Shown here in pieces: positions 35,352 to 46,525 of a DNA stretch of 64,000 nucleotides. The position numbers and the translations under genes were made by a program. The stretch spans positions 1-64,000 of the forward strand of contig NIVC01001865.1 of assembly GCA_002269645.1 (NCBI GenBank), read 5' to 3'. Each line of letters starts with the position of its first letter. Position 1 is the stretch's first letter. The notes below the pieces were generated by a model. The model was given only the letters and a program-made list of their open reading frames with translations. It was not told the DNA's origin and ran no database searches. The stretch comes from Macrostomum lignano. Taxonomy: Eukaryota.

Positions 35352-35958
35352 TCCAATATACTAAAAATGAGTTGTCTGTATGCATATACAGTTGTCTGTA
35401 TGGGTATGCGATTGATTTCAGAAAAATTGGCTCAACCAATTTTCTTCTAACTTGCACCATTCGATCAGAAATTTTCCTGGGACGGTACATGTATCTTGGC
35501 TAAGAAATTGCTCAATGTTAAAGGGATTAAATATTCAAAAAAACATGCTTTTTTGCAAAGGTCAAGCAGCTCTTTCGACCTGAAATGCATTGTAAGAATG
35601 CTAGAGAAAAACTGACTGGCTGAATTCTGATTCTGATAAAGATTGCATCACAACAAGTTGAAAACAGTGTCGAAGAAATGTGCACAAGACTTGATTAAAA
35701 TTGCGTAACCATATTGCAAACTTAAATTGAGACTGATACTGGCTGACTGAGAAATTGATTATATCATAAATTTTTCCTCCAATTGACTTGCTGTAAGAAT
35801 TGAATTATAAGGGCCACAATTCATGTTCTCCAATTGAAAAGAGATATCCTAGATGCAAACAGACTGGAATGCTAATGTAGTGACCTAGGTTCGAATCTTA
35901 GTAGTGCAAAAAAGATTTTTTTATCAAAACACCTTAAAAACACAAAATGCTAAACATA
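35352..35958 (+). mobile_element. Second, 3'-truncated copy of the same Helitron, head-to-tail with copy 1
   Basis: Begins TCCAATATACTAAAAATGA immediately after copy 1's CTAG and is collinear with 31416-~32000 for ~600 bp. Confidence 0.8.
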
Positions 35959-36764
35959 AATACTTTTACTATTAATGGAGTTAAGATTTTTACTGATAGT
36001 ACCCAATACCATTTGTTTGTGTTTTATACTAAACTAGAAGTGTATGTACTTTTGGGATACACCTCATACTCGTAATTTATTTATTTACTAAATCTTCATA
36101 AAAACCTTGTTTTATAAAAACATTTGCTAAGCTTTTAAAATCAATTTAACAAAACATTTCATACTATTTTAATATTGCCTATAGTAAGCTTATAAAGTAA
36201 TGAATTAATGCATAATTTTTTATCCATATTAATACCACTTATAAAATATAATGAATAGTAACTATCAAATATTCGAATAATGTAGTTGCAGTAATTTTTC
36301 TTAGGAGTAGTATTCTTTGGGCTAAGTAACTTTTGTTGTAATTAGTGTTAGTCAAGTTACTAAGACTATAACTTAATGTTACAAATGCTCTATCAAAAAG
36401 TAATGTTAATGGAAGTAGCTAATATGTATGCAATATTTAAATCAACCAATTTTTTCTTGACAACATTTATTTATGAAATATAACAGTCATTATTTATTAT
36501 TAAATTTGTTACTTTTCCTTCTAAATAAATAATTTATAATCACTGAAAGTTTTTACTAGATTTTGCACTAAAAATGATGTAGTAAGGGTTTACTTACTCT
36601 GCTTATTCTACATGTAACTAGTCCAAAACTGGCAGTAATGTATGACTTGGCCATATTTATTTGGGGGGGATTTATGCATAGACTGGGGCTTCTACAATTT
36701 TCATCCATAAGAATGAGCACCAACCCCTCCCTAATGTGCATGCATGTCAAGATGAGGATGAGGA

Positions 36765-37035
36765 GGGGGTTGTAGCCTAGTGGTCAGAGCATCAGACTCA
36801 CAACTGAAAGGTTGGGGGTTCGATTCTTGATCCATTTGGAACAATTAGTGTCCTTGAGCAAGACATTTAACTCTACACTACTTCAGTTCACCCAGCTGTA
36901 AAATGGGTGCCAGCATTAGCTGGGGTAATTGAGGGTATGTGTGGCGACCCCCCAGTCCTTGGACTGAACAGCCATACGCAGCCTTCAGATAGCAATAGCT
37001 GCGGCTGAGCTGTCGGTTGCACATCTGGCTCTATT
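36765..37035 (+). mobile_element. CORE-type SINE, copy 2 (full tRNA head)
   Basis: A box TAGCCTAGTGG, B box GGTTCGATTC, and the same core and 3' region as copies 1 and 3. Confidence 0.88.
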
Positions 37036-37528
37036 GGGGGCAGGTGTAAGCAATTGCTATCATTAATATTGTCACAATGAGAAAGCAAACTGACAAATTA
37101 AAAATAGTATACACAGGCAATGTTTGGTTTATATTTTACAGCATGTATCGCCAGTTGCGTTTTACTAGCTAGTAGTATAGTATGATTGAGCTCTCTGAAT
37201 CTGTTAAGCAGCAGATTTCAATGCTTGAAAGTCTCACACCTGCGCACACTGGGAAATAATACCCTAGGGTCACGGGGGATCGGGGAAGGAAAATCGGAGA
37301 ATTCTAGGGATCGAAGAATTGGGATTATTATTATTTCAATCGATTGGAGTTTGTCCACTCCGTGCAGACCGCAGCTGTTGCCACGCAGCCTGCCTGTCTA
37401 ACTATGCCGAAATCTCGTTGCTACTCCATTCAGAGCGTGGCTCAGCTAAATAACACCGAGTTTTTGATTTGAGAAGCGGCGCCCGAGCGAGTTGTTCAGA
37501 TTTTATCAGCTCAGACTGTGACTGAGCC

Positions 37529-39151
37529 ATGCGCCTGTGCCGTCGGAACTGCCGCTCCTGGCTGCTCACCCTGTCCGCCTGTCTTTGTCTGGCCTACGTC
37601 TATGTTACCTTGTCGGGCCGGCGGCAGAATGCAGGCAGCGGCGGTGGCGGCGGCCGCGGTGGCGACACCACTGATCGCAGTCGCGACTCAGAGTTGGACT
37701 CGATTTGCCGACAGTTGGACGTGACGCCGGATGTTTATCAGGCCCGGCTGCGCCGGTTCACCGAGTACCAGAAGTCCGAGCCGTTCCGCCAGGGACCGGG
37801 CGAGCAGGGCCACGGCGTCTACCTGACGGCTGATGAGAAGGTGAGGGATTGATTTGGGGCTTGTCATGCAGGTGAATCGGCTTCAGGGTCAGGTGAATCG
37901 GCTTCAATGTCAGGTGAATCGGCTTCAGGGTCAGGTGAATCGGCTTCAGGGTCAGGTGAATCGGCTTCAATGTCAGGTGAATCGGCTTCAGTGTCAGGTG
38001 AATCGGCTTCAGGGTCAGGTGAATCGGCTTCAGGGTCAGGTGAATCGGCTTCAATGTCAGGTGAATCGGCTTCAGGGTCAGGTGAATCGGCTTCAGGGTC
38101 AGGTGAATCGGCTTCAGGGTCAGGTGAATCGGCTTCAATGTCAGATGAATCGGCTTCAGGGTCAGGCGAATCGGCTTCAGGGTCAGGTGAATCGGCTTCA
38201 GGGTCAGGTGAATCGGATTCAGGGTCAGGTGAATCGGCTTCAGGGTCAGGTGAATCGGATTCAGGGTCAGGTGAATCGGCTTCAGGGTCAGGTGAATCGG
38301 CTTCAGGGTCAGGTGAATCGGCTTCAGGGTCAGGTGAATCGGCTTCAGGGTCAGGTGAATCGGCTTCAGGGTCAGGTGAATCGGATTCAGGGTCAGGTGG
38401 ATCGGCTTCAGGGTCAGATGAATCGGCTCTAGCTTGAGAGTCAGGTGAATCGGCTCTAGCCTGAGCATAGTGAAGAGTCAAGTGAGCATAGTCAAAAGTC
38501 CATATGAGCTGGTTCAATTAAATTTACTCGTAGATAAATCCAGGCTCAAAGACCAATCTGTTACGCAGTATAATTAAATTGAAAATAATATAACAAAACA
38601 TTCAGAACCGCCTTGGCTACGACGCGATGTTCACCAAGGAGGCTTTCAACCGCATCAGCAGCGATCGGATCAGCCTTGACCGGAGCCTCAACGACATGCG
38701 GGCTATGGAGTGCCGGTCAATCAGCTACCCTGCTGACCTGCCCACGCTGAGCGTTGTCATCATCTTCCACGAGGAGGCCTGGTCCTCGCTGATGCGCACG
38801 GTGCACTCCGTGGTGAACAGGACGCCGCCTCGCTACCTTAAGGAGGTGAGCCTAGGAATGCGTCAGCCTTGGGGCGGAGCAGCTCAGCGGTGAACGCGTC
38901 TGACTCTCGCGCCACGACCCCTGGTTCGATTCCGCTCGCGGCCGCATTCATTTGGGGTTTGTCGTGAGATTCGCACCCATGAGGGCCAGAGACTGTACAG
39001 AGAGTGTACATGCCTGACGGTTGGAAAGTCAGGGCTGCTGTACACCCTGTGTGAGCGTGTGTGTGAGTGCGTGCCTGCGTGTGCTCACGTGTGGGACTTT
39101 TTTGCGACGGGCTGCCTACAGGCTACAGCGCTACTGAAATTATTAGTACTA

Positions 39152-39182
<31 letters not shown>

Positions 39183-39221
39183 GCCTGTCTGTCTGCCTGT
39201 CTGTCTGCCTGTCTCTATCTG

Positions 39222-39252
<31 letters not shown>

Positions 39253-39631
39253 GTCTGTGTCTGTCTGCCTGTCTGTCTGTCTCTGTCTGTGTCTGTCTGC
39301 CTGTCTCTGTCTGTGTCTGTCTGCCTGTCTCTGTCTGTGTCTGTCCGTATGTCTGTCTGTCTGTCTGTCTGTCTGTCTGCCTGTCTGTGTCTGTCCGTAT
39401 GTCTGTCTCTGTCTGTGTCTGTCTGCCTGTCTCTGTCTGTGTCTGTCCGTATGTCTGTCTGTCTGCCTGTCTCTGTCTGTCTGTCTGCCTGTCTCTGTCT
39501 GTGTCTGTCTGCCTGTCTCTGTCTGTGTCTGTCCGTATGTCTGTCTGTCTGTCTGTCTGCCTGTCTGTGTCTGTCCGTATGTCTGTCTCTGTCTGTGTCT
39601 GTCTGCCTGTCTCTGTCTGTGTCTGTCCGTA

Positions 39632-39699
<68 letters not shown>

Positions 39700-42600
39700 A
39701 ATTTGCCAATTTAGCCATTTATATAGCCAATTTGCACCTGAGAGAAAGTGAGAGTGCTATTTAGCGCCTGAAGCCTACAAAATTATGAAGACGCTATTGT
39801 AAAGCCATTGGCCTCTAAATTAAATTCGCCCTCAGGTGGTTCTGCTAGACGACTTCAGCACCAAGGAACACCTGCTGCGCAATCTGGACAATTATCTGGC
39901 GCGCACTTTCCCAGACGGCGTAGTCAGAGTGGTCCGCAGCCGGGAGCGCCTCGGCCTGATCCGCGCCAGGCTGGAGGGCGCCAAAGCCGCTACAGGCGAC
40001 GTTGTGGCCTTCCTTGACAGCCACTGCGAGGCCACCAAAGGCTGGGCGGAGCCTCTGCTAGCCCGAATTAAGGAGTCGCGCAGCGCGGTGCTCTGCCCCA
40101 TCATTGAGAGCGTGTCGGCTGACTCTTTGTCCTATAATGGCGGCGGCTCGTCCTATTCTGTTGGCTCATTCTGGTGGTCCGGCCACTTCACCTGGGATAT
40201 GGTAAGGGGATTCCGGCTAAGGGGTTAAGGCTTTGGGAAGTTTAGGGTTGATGAAGTTTAGGGTTTGTGAAGGTTAGGGTTTGTGAGGATTATGGTTTGT
40301 GAAGATTAGGGTTGATGAAGTTTAGGGTTTGTGAAGATTAGGGTTTGTGAGGATTAGGGTTTGTGAAGATTATGGTTTGTGAAGATTAGGGTTTGTGAAG
40401 ATTAGGGTATGTGAAGATTATGGTTTGTGAAGATTAGGGTTTGTGAAGATTAGGGTATGTGAAGATTAGGGTTTGTGAAGATTAGGGTTTGTGAAGATTA
40501 GGGTATGTGAAGATTGGGGTTTGTAAATTAGAGTTTGTGAAGATTATGGTTTGTGAAGATTATGGTTTGTGAAGATTATGTTTGTGAAGATTATGTTTGT
40601 GAAGATTAGGGTTTGTGAAGATTAGGGTTTGTGAGAATTAGAGTTTGTGAAGATTATGGTTTGTGAAGATTAGGGTTTGTGAAGATTAGGGTTTGTGAGA
40701 ATTAGAGTTTGTGAAGATTATGGTTTGTGAAGATTATGGTTTGTGAAGATTATGTTTGTGAAGATTAGGGTTTGTGAAGATTATGTTTGTGAAGATTAGG
40801 GTTTGTGAAGATTAGGGTTTGTGAAGATTATGGTTTGTGATGAAGATTAGGGTTTGTGATGAAGATTAGTGTTTGTGGAGATTAGTGTTTGTGGAGATTA
40901 GGGTTTATGAAGATTAGGGTTTGGAAGATTAGGGTTTGTGAAAATTAGGGGTTGTGAAGATTTGGGTTTATGAAATGCGTGCTCAGGGATCACCGGAACG
41001 CAGAGTGCTCTGTATGACTGCCTGGCTCATCGCTGGCTGTGGGTCGACTGTCGCCTTGATTTTTTTCTGTTATGAAAAATTGGACGTTCCCCATAAAAAT
41101 CGTAGGCAAACCCGCTATCTATTCTACTCTTTACAGTAGTCATTTGAAAATTTTCTATAAAAATATTATAGCTATGATATTTCACTGCATTTGATAAATA
41201 TTGTGGCAACGTTCTGTATATTAAATTTGTTGCTAACAACAAATATTACCACATGCGATAACGGAACGCGCTAGCGGGCATGGCGCCTGTCGGCTTGCTT
41301 TGAACTAAAAAATGTTAAGTTAGCAGTCGTAAAATTCAAGCTAGGCCTTCCTTGTCGGGGACTGAATATTTTGAGATAAGTTCTAAACTGAATAAATATA
41401 TTAAATCTAGAACTGTACCACATGTAAATTAACTTATTTTCATAGGAGTGCAAGCGAAGAGTGAACAAGTGATGTCATTGTACCGATATTGTCTGTCAGC
41501 TAGTCTGTTTGTTGTCAGCTAGTCTGTCTGTCAGCTAGTCTGTCTGTCAGCTAGTCTGTTTGTCAGCTAATCTGTCTGTCAGCTAGTCTGTCTGTCAGCT
41601 AGTCTGTTAGTCAGCTAGTCTGTCTGTCAGCTAATCTGTCTGTCAGCTAGTCTGTGTCAGCTAGTCTATCAGCTAATCTTCAGCTAATCTGTCAGCTAGT
41701 CTGTCTGTCAGCTAGTCTGTCAGCTAGTCCGTGTCAGCTAGTCTGTGTCAGCTAATTTGTTTGTCAGCTAATTTGTTTGTCAGCTAGTCTGTTTGTCAGC
41801 TAGTCTGTTTGTCAGCTAGTCTGTTTGTCAGCTAGTTTGTTTGTCAGCTAGTCTGTTTGTCAGCTAGTCTGTTTGTCAGCTAGTCTGTTTGTCAGCTAGT
41901 CAGTCTGTCAGCTAGTCTGTTTGTCAGCTAGTCTGTTTGTCAGCTAGTCAGTCTGTCAGCTAGTCTGTTTGTCAGCTAGTCAGTCTGTCAGCTAGTCTGT
42001 TTGTCAGCTAGTCTGTTTGTCAGCTAGTCAGTCTGTCAGCTAGTCTGTTTGTCAGCTAGTCTGTTTGTCAGCTAGTCTGTCAGCTAGTCTGTTTGTCAGC
42101 TAGTCTGTTTGTCAGCTAGTCTGTTTGTCAGCTAGTCTGTATCAGCTAGTCAGTCTGTCAGCTAGCCTGTCTGCCCCGCCCCCGCAGATCCCGGAGCACG
42201 AGCTGCGCAGGCGCCAGAAGCACACTGATCCGATCCGCAGCGCCACCATGGCTGGCGGCCTGTTCGCAGTCGATCGGAAATACTTCTTCGAAGTTGGCGC
42301 CTACGATGAAGGCATGGGCATCTGGGGCGGCGAGAATCTGGAGATCTCGTTCCGGGTGTGGATGTGCGGCGGCACCCTCGAGTTCATCCCCTGTTCGCGC
42401 GTGGGCCACATTTTCCGGGCCTCGCATCCGTATTCGTTTCCTGGGCACAAAGACTATCACGGATTGAACACCATGCGCCTTGTGGACGTTTGGATGGACG
42501 AGTACAAGCGGTTGTTTTACATGCATAGGTGAGCTAATTCATTTTATATCCTTGACTCTGGTATTTTGGCTCCGTGATCTTTTTATTTAATAGATCGCTG

Positions 42601-43832
42601 AATCTAACTAATTGATTTTGGACCCATCAATGTTTGAGACTGACCCACAGGTTTTTATCTATCAACATCTAACCTCTAGCTGATTCTCTAATTGCTGTTC
42701 CACTCACCATTAACCCACCATCTTTGACCCACCATCCATAGCCCATTATCTTTGACCCACTATCCTTAATCCATTATCTTTGACCCACCATCCTTAACAC
42801 ATTTTCACTGACCTACCATCCCTAACACATTTTCACTGACCTACCATCCCTCCATCCCTGACCCACCATCCCTGACCCACCATCCCTGACCCACCATCCC
42901 TGACCCACCATCCCTGACCCACCATCCCTGACCCACCATCCCTAACCCACTATCTTTGACCTAGTATCCCTAACCCACTATCTTTGACTCAGTATCCCTA
43001 ACCCACTATCTTAGACTCAGTATCCCTGACCCATTATCTTTGACCCACCATCCCTAACCCATTATCTTTGACCCACCATCCCTAACCCATTATCTTTGAC
43101 CCACCATCCCTAACCCATTATCTTTGACCCACCATCCCTGACCCACTATCTTTGACCCACCATCCCTGACCCACTATCTTTGACTCAGTATCTGACCCAC
43201 CATCCCTGACCCACCATCCCTGACCCACCATCCCTGACCCACCATCCCTGACCCGCCGCACTGTCCGCAGGCACGACCTCGTGTCCCGGACAGCCGACCG
43301 AGGCGACGTGTCCAGCCGGGTGGCGCTGCGCAAGCGGCTGAACTGCAAGCCGTTCTCCTGGTACCTCGAAAATGTCATACCGGAGAAGTTCATACCGGAC
43401 TCGACTCGCGACGTAACCGCCTACGGCATGCTGCGCAACCCAATCACGAACATGTGCGTGGACCTGTTGAACTATAACGAATTCGACCGGAACCCCACGG
43501 CCGCGGGCCTGTACTCCTGCCAGGGCGGCGCCTCGGGCAGGCAGATTTTCTCCTACAGCCGCAAGCAGGAGATCCGGCGCGAGTGGGGCTGCCTGCAGGC
43601 CGGGCCGGGCTCCGATCGGGTGAGCTTCATCACCTGCACGACTCGGGTGACAGACCCGGAGGCTGGGGCCGGCCAGAGGTGGCAGTTGGACCCGCAGGCT
43701 AAAACCATACGGCACAGCGCCAGCGGCCGCTGTCTCAGCGCAGAGGGTGTGAAAAATGGCGAAGCGGCCAAGCTGAGCGACTGCTCGGCAACTAATCCGC
43801 ACCAGGTGTGGGAGTTCGAGCACCGGCTTTGA
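37529..43832 (+). CDS. GALNT: Polypeptide N-acetylgalactosaminyltransferase (GT-A + ricin-B lectin), 5 exons, 606 aa
   Basis: Exons 37529-37840, 38606-38845, 39836-40201, 42188-42528, 43271-43832 (1821 nt, all GT-AG, phases consistent). Type II TM anchor; [29 protein letters not shown], DxH motif [35 protein letters not shown]; C-terminal Cys/QxW lectin repeats. Confidence 0.97.
37869..38465. repeat. 21-bp minisatellite (CAGGTGAATCGGCTTCAGGGT), ~27 units, GALNT intron 1
   Basis: Directly visible; open in several frames because the period is a multiple of 3. Confidence 0.96.
38871..39085 (+). mobile_element. Second tRNA-headed SINE-like element in GALNT intron 2
   Basis: A-box-like CAGCTCAGCGG and B box GGTTCGATTCC (38923-38933). 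The cloverleaf is poorly paired; the body is unrelated to the CORE-SINE and ends in a GT-rich tail. Single copy in this window. Confidence 0.55.
39151..39698. repeat. (CTGT)n compound microsatellite, GALNT intron 2
   Basis: Directly visible. Confidence 0.97.
40240..40972. repeat. 16-bp minisatellite containing TTAGGG (GAAGATTAGGGTTTGT), GALNT intron 3
   Basis: Directly visible. Confidence 0.95.
41490..42170. repeat. 12-16-bp minisatellite (GTCAGCTAGTCTGTTT), GALNT intron 3
   Basis: Runs to within ~15 nt of the acceptor at 42187. Confidence 0.95.
42715..43252. repeat. 14/21-bp minisatellite (CCCTGACCCACCAT / CCCTAACCCATTATCTTTGAC), GALNT intron 4
   Basis: The last unit ends ~18 nt before the acceptor AG at 43269-43270. 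Confidence 0.93.
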
Positions 43833-43974
43833 TAATCCAAGTCTGGGAGACTATTCGATTGCTGATTTTTGGCGCCAATTCGAATCGCCAAATTTGTTTA
43901 GAAAGAAAGTTAAATATCGAAATCGTAAAGCATATTAGTCAAGAAAACTGGCTGTTAGCATCAATTATAAATCA

Positions 43975-44900
43975 TGGTGATAAGTCAGTGGTTGAGTCTG
44001 TTGGCTGTGAGATCTAGACTCAAGGTGATGAGTCAGTGGCTGAGTCTGTTGGCTGTGAGATCTAGACTCAAGGTGATGAGTCAGTGGCTGAGTCTGTTGG
44101 CTGTGAGATCTAGACTCAAGGTGATGAGTCAGTGGCTGAGTCTGTTGGCTGTGAGATCTAGACTCAAGGTGATGAGAGTCAGTGAGGTTGAGTCTGTTGG
44201 CTGTGAGATCTAGACTCAAGGTGATGAGAGTCAGTGAGGTTGAGTCTGTTGGCTGTGAGATCTAGACTCAAGGTGATGAGAGTCAGTGAGGTTGAGTCTG
44301 TTGGCTGTGAGATCTAGACTCAAGGTGATGAGAGTCAGTGAGGTTGAGTCTGTTGGCTGTGAGATCTAGACTCAAGGTGATGAGAGTCAGTGAGGCTGAG
44401 TCTGTTGGCTTTGAGATCTAGACTCAAGGTGATGAGAGTCAGTGAGGTTGAGTCTGTTGGCTGTGAGATCTAGACTCAAGGTGATGAGTCAGTGGCTGAG
44501 TCTGTTGGCTGTGAGATCTAGACTCAAGGTGATGAGAGTCAGTGAGGTTGAGTCTGTTGGCTGTGAGATCTAGACTCAAGGTGATGAGAGCCAGTGAGGT
44601 TGAGTCTGTTGGCTGTGAGATCTAGACTCAAGGTGATGAGAGCCAGTGAGGTTGAGTCTGTTGGCTGTGAGATCTAGACTCAAGGTGATGAGAGTCAGTG
44701 GGGTTGAGTCTGTTGGCTGTGAGATCTAGACTCAAGGTGATGAGAGCCAGTGAGGTTGAGTCTGTTGTTGGCTGTGAGATCTAAGCTCAAGGTGATATGA
44801 GTCAGTGAGGTTGATTCTGTTGGCTGTGAGATCTAGACTCAATGTGATGAGAGTCAGTGAGGTTGATTCTGTTGGCTGTGAAATCTAGACTAAGGTGATG
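43975..44900. repeat. 48/52-bp minisatellite 3' of GALNT (TGAGTCTGTTGGCTGTGAGATCTAGACTCAAGGTGATGAG...)
   Basis: Periods 48 (44041-44089) and 52 (44241-44293); about 18 units. Confidence 0.95.
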
Positions 44901-45684
44901 AGCCTGATGAGATGGCCTGAAGCTCATTGGTGACCTAACATCTTATTCAGCTGCATGCTAACCGCAGCCGACTCAGCTTAACTTTTGTAGTGCCGGCGTT
45001 TCCTATTAGTGCCAATTCAAAATTTTCACAGTACAAGCGTAAAACGAAGTTGTTTCGGCGGATTTGCGTTTGTAGATTTCAAGTCTGTAGAAGTTAAACA
45101 AAAGCCGATGTCAATTTGTCTGTGCTTGTTTTTAATGAGTCTGCGAGTTTACATTTTACTGCAAAGTTACATTTAGAATACTTTATAAACAAATCTGGAA
45201 CAGGATTCTGTTGATGAATTTTTATACAAATTTGTCTTATTTATGAGAAGTTTAGCTCGACTCACAGGTTCGTTGCGTTCTGTGCCTTACCGTTGAAATT
45301 GCTCTCCTGACTTCATTATTACTGGTTAAAGTCTAGAAATTTGAAACAGTCACACAAACTGTGACTGCCAGACACACTTTTGCACTTTTGCTTTGTTAGA
45401 AGGTTAGCTAATTATGCCATTTTTACAATATGCGAGAATTGTTCTTGCCTTACAACTTGTGCGATTGTGGTTATAAATTTATCTGTCTATTAGTTTATTG
45501 GAAATTGAATTTTTATTCAGTGTTATCTGGATTGAGTTCATTTTAATATAACTACTTTATAATTAATGCAGTGAAACTTGTGAATTGTAACTCACTTTGC
45601 TATTATCAATGCTTTTAATATTGCATTTGCGGCTAGACTTGACGCGTTTGAGCTCATTTTACTCTTATTGGAATATAATGGCAG

Positions 45685-46035
45685 GGAGGGATGAGTGCAG
45701 GGATGAGTGCAGGGATGGGTGCAGGGATGAGTGCAGGGATGAGTGCAGGGATGGGTTCAGGGATGGGTGCAGGGATGGATGCAGGGATGAGTGCAGGGAT
45801 GGGTGCAGGGATGAGTGCAGGGATGAGTGCAGGGATGGGTGCAGGGATGAGTGCAGGGATGAGTGCAGGGATGAGTGCAGGGATGGGTGCAGGGATGAGT
45901 GCAGGGATGAGTGCAGGGATGGGTGCAGGGATGGGTGCAGGGATGGGTGCAGGGATGGATGCAGGGATGAGTGCAGGGATGGATGCAGGGATGAGTGCAG
46001 GGATGGATGCAGGGATGGATGCAGGGATGGGTGCA
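45685..46035. repeat. 12-bp minisatellite (GCAGGGATGRGT)
   Basis: Same unit family as 52770-53855. Confidence 0.95.
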
Positions 46036-46525
46036 GCAAGAGAGTGTTGTTTCTTAGCTGCAGCAGTTACACGTGTAGTGAATTTCCCTGAGGGGCGACC
46101 AGCAGCCAGTGATGAGGCAAGCAGTTATGCCTGTGCGTTGGGAAGCGGCCCTCATGGGTCGAGAATCGCACAAGCCTCCGTAAGGGGGGGGGGGTTAATA
46201 TTGAATTGATTCAGCTGCACGCGGGTATTTTGGCCCGAGAGCCGGACTCGCTAACCACTGAACTTCTCGATGTTCTGACTCTCGGTAAGCCGCCAGTTAG
46301 CATAGATTAGGGCAGTATAATCTCATATATTTATTGATAATAAATCCTGTACAATTTCAATAAAATAAACTCAATTCAGATAATCAGATATTGAAGTTTA
46401 GTTATCGAAAAAAGCGGTTTGTGCTTGGCACAAATAATATAAGACATAAAAGTACATAACACACAACACAAGAATAACATATTCGATAAACCATATCGAT
46501 GATTCGCGTCATACTACTTATAAGT

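Noticed and set aside
36581-36621. Alternative 3' end for Helitron copy 2 (AGTAAG/CTTACT hairpin then CTAG|T)
   Set aside because: A weak AT-rich stem 19 nt from CTAG, with no homology to copy 1's 3' end.
37758-38517. Ser/Gly- or Gln-rich repeat proteins ([14 protein letters not shown])
   Set aside because: A 21-bp array open in several frames on both strands, inside GALNT intron 1; exon 1 read-through stops at 37850-37852.
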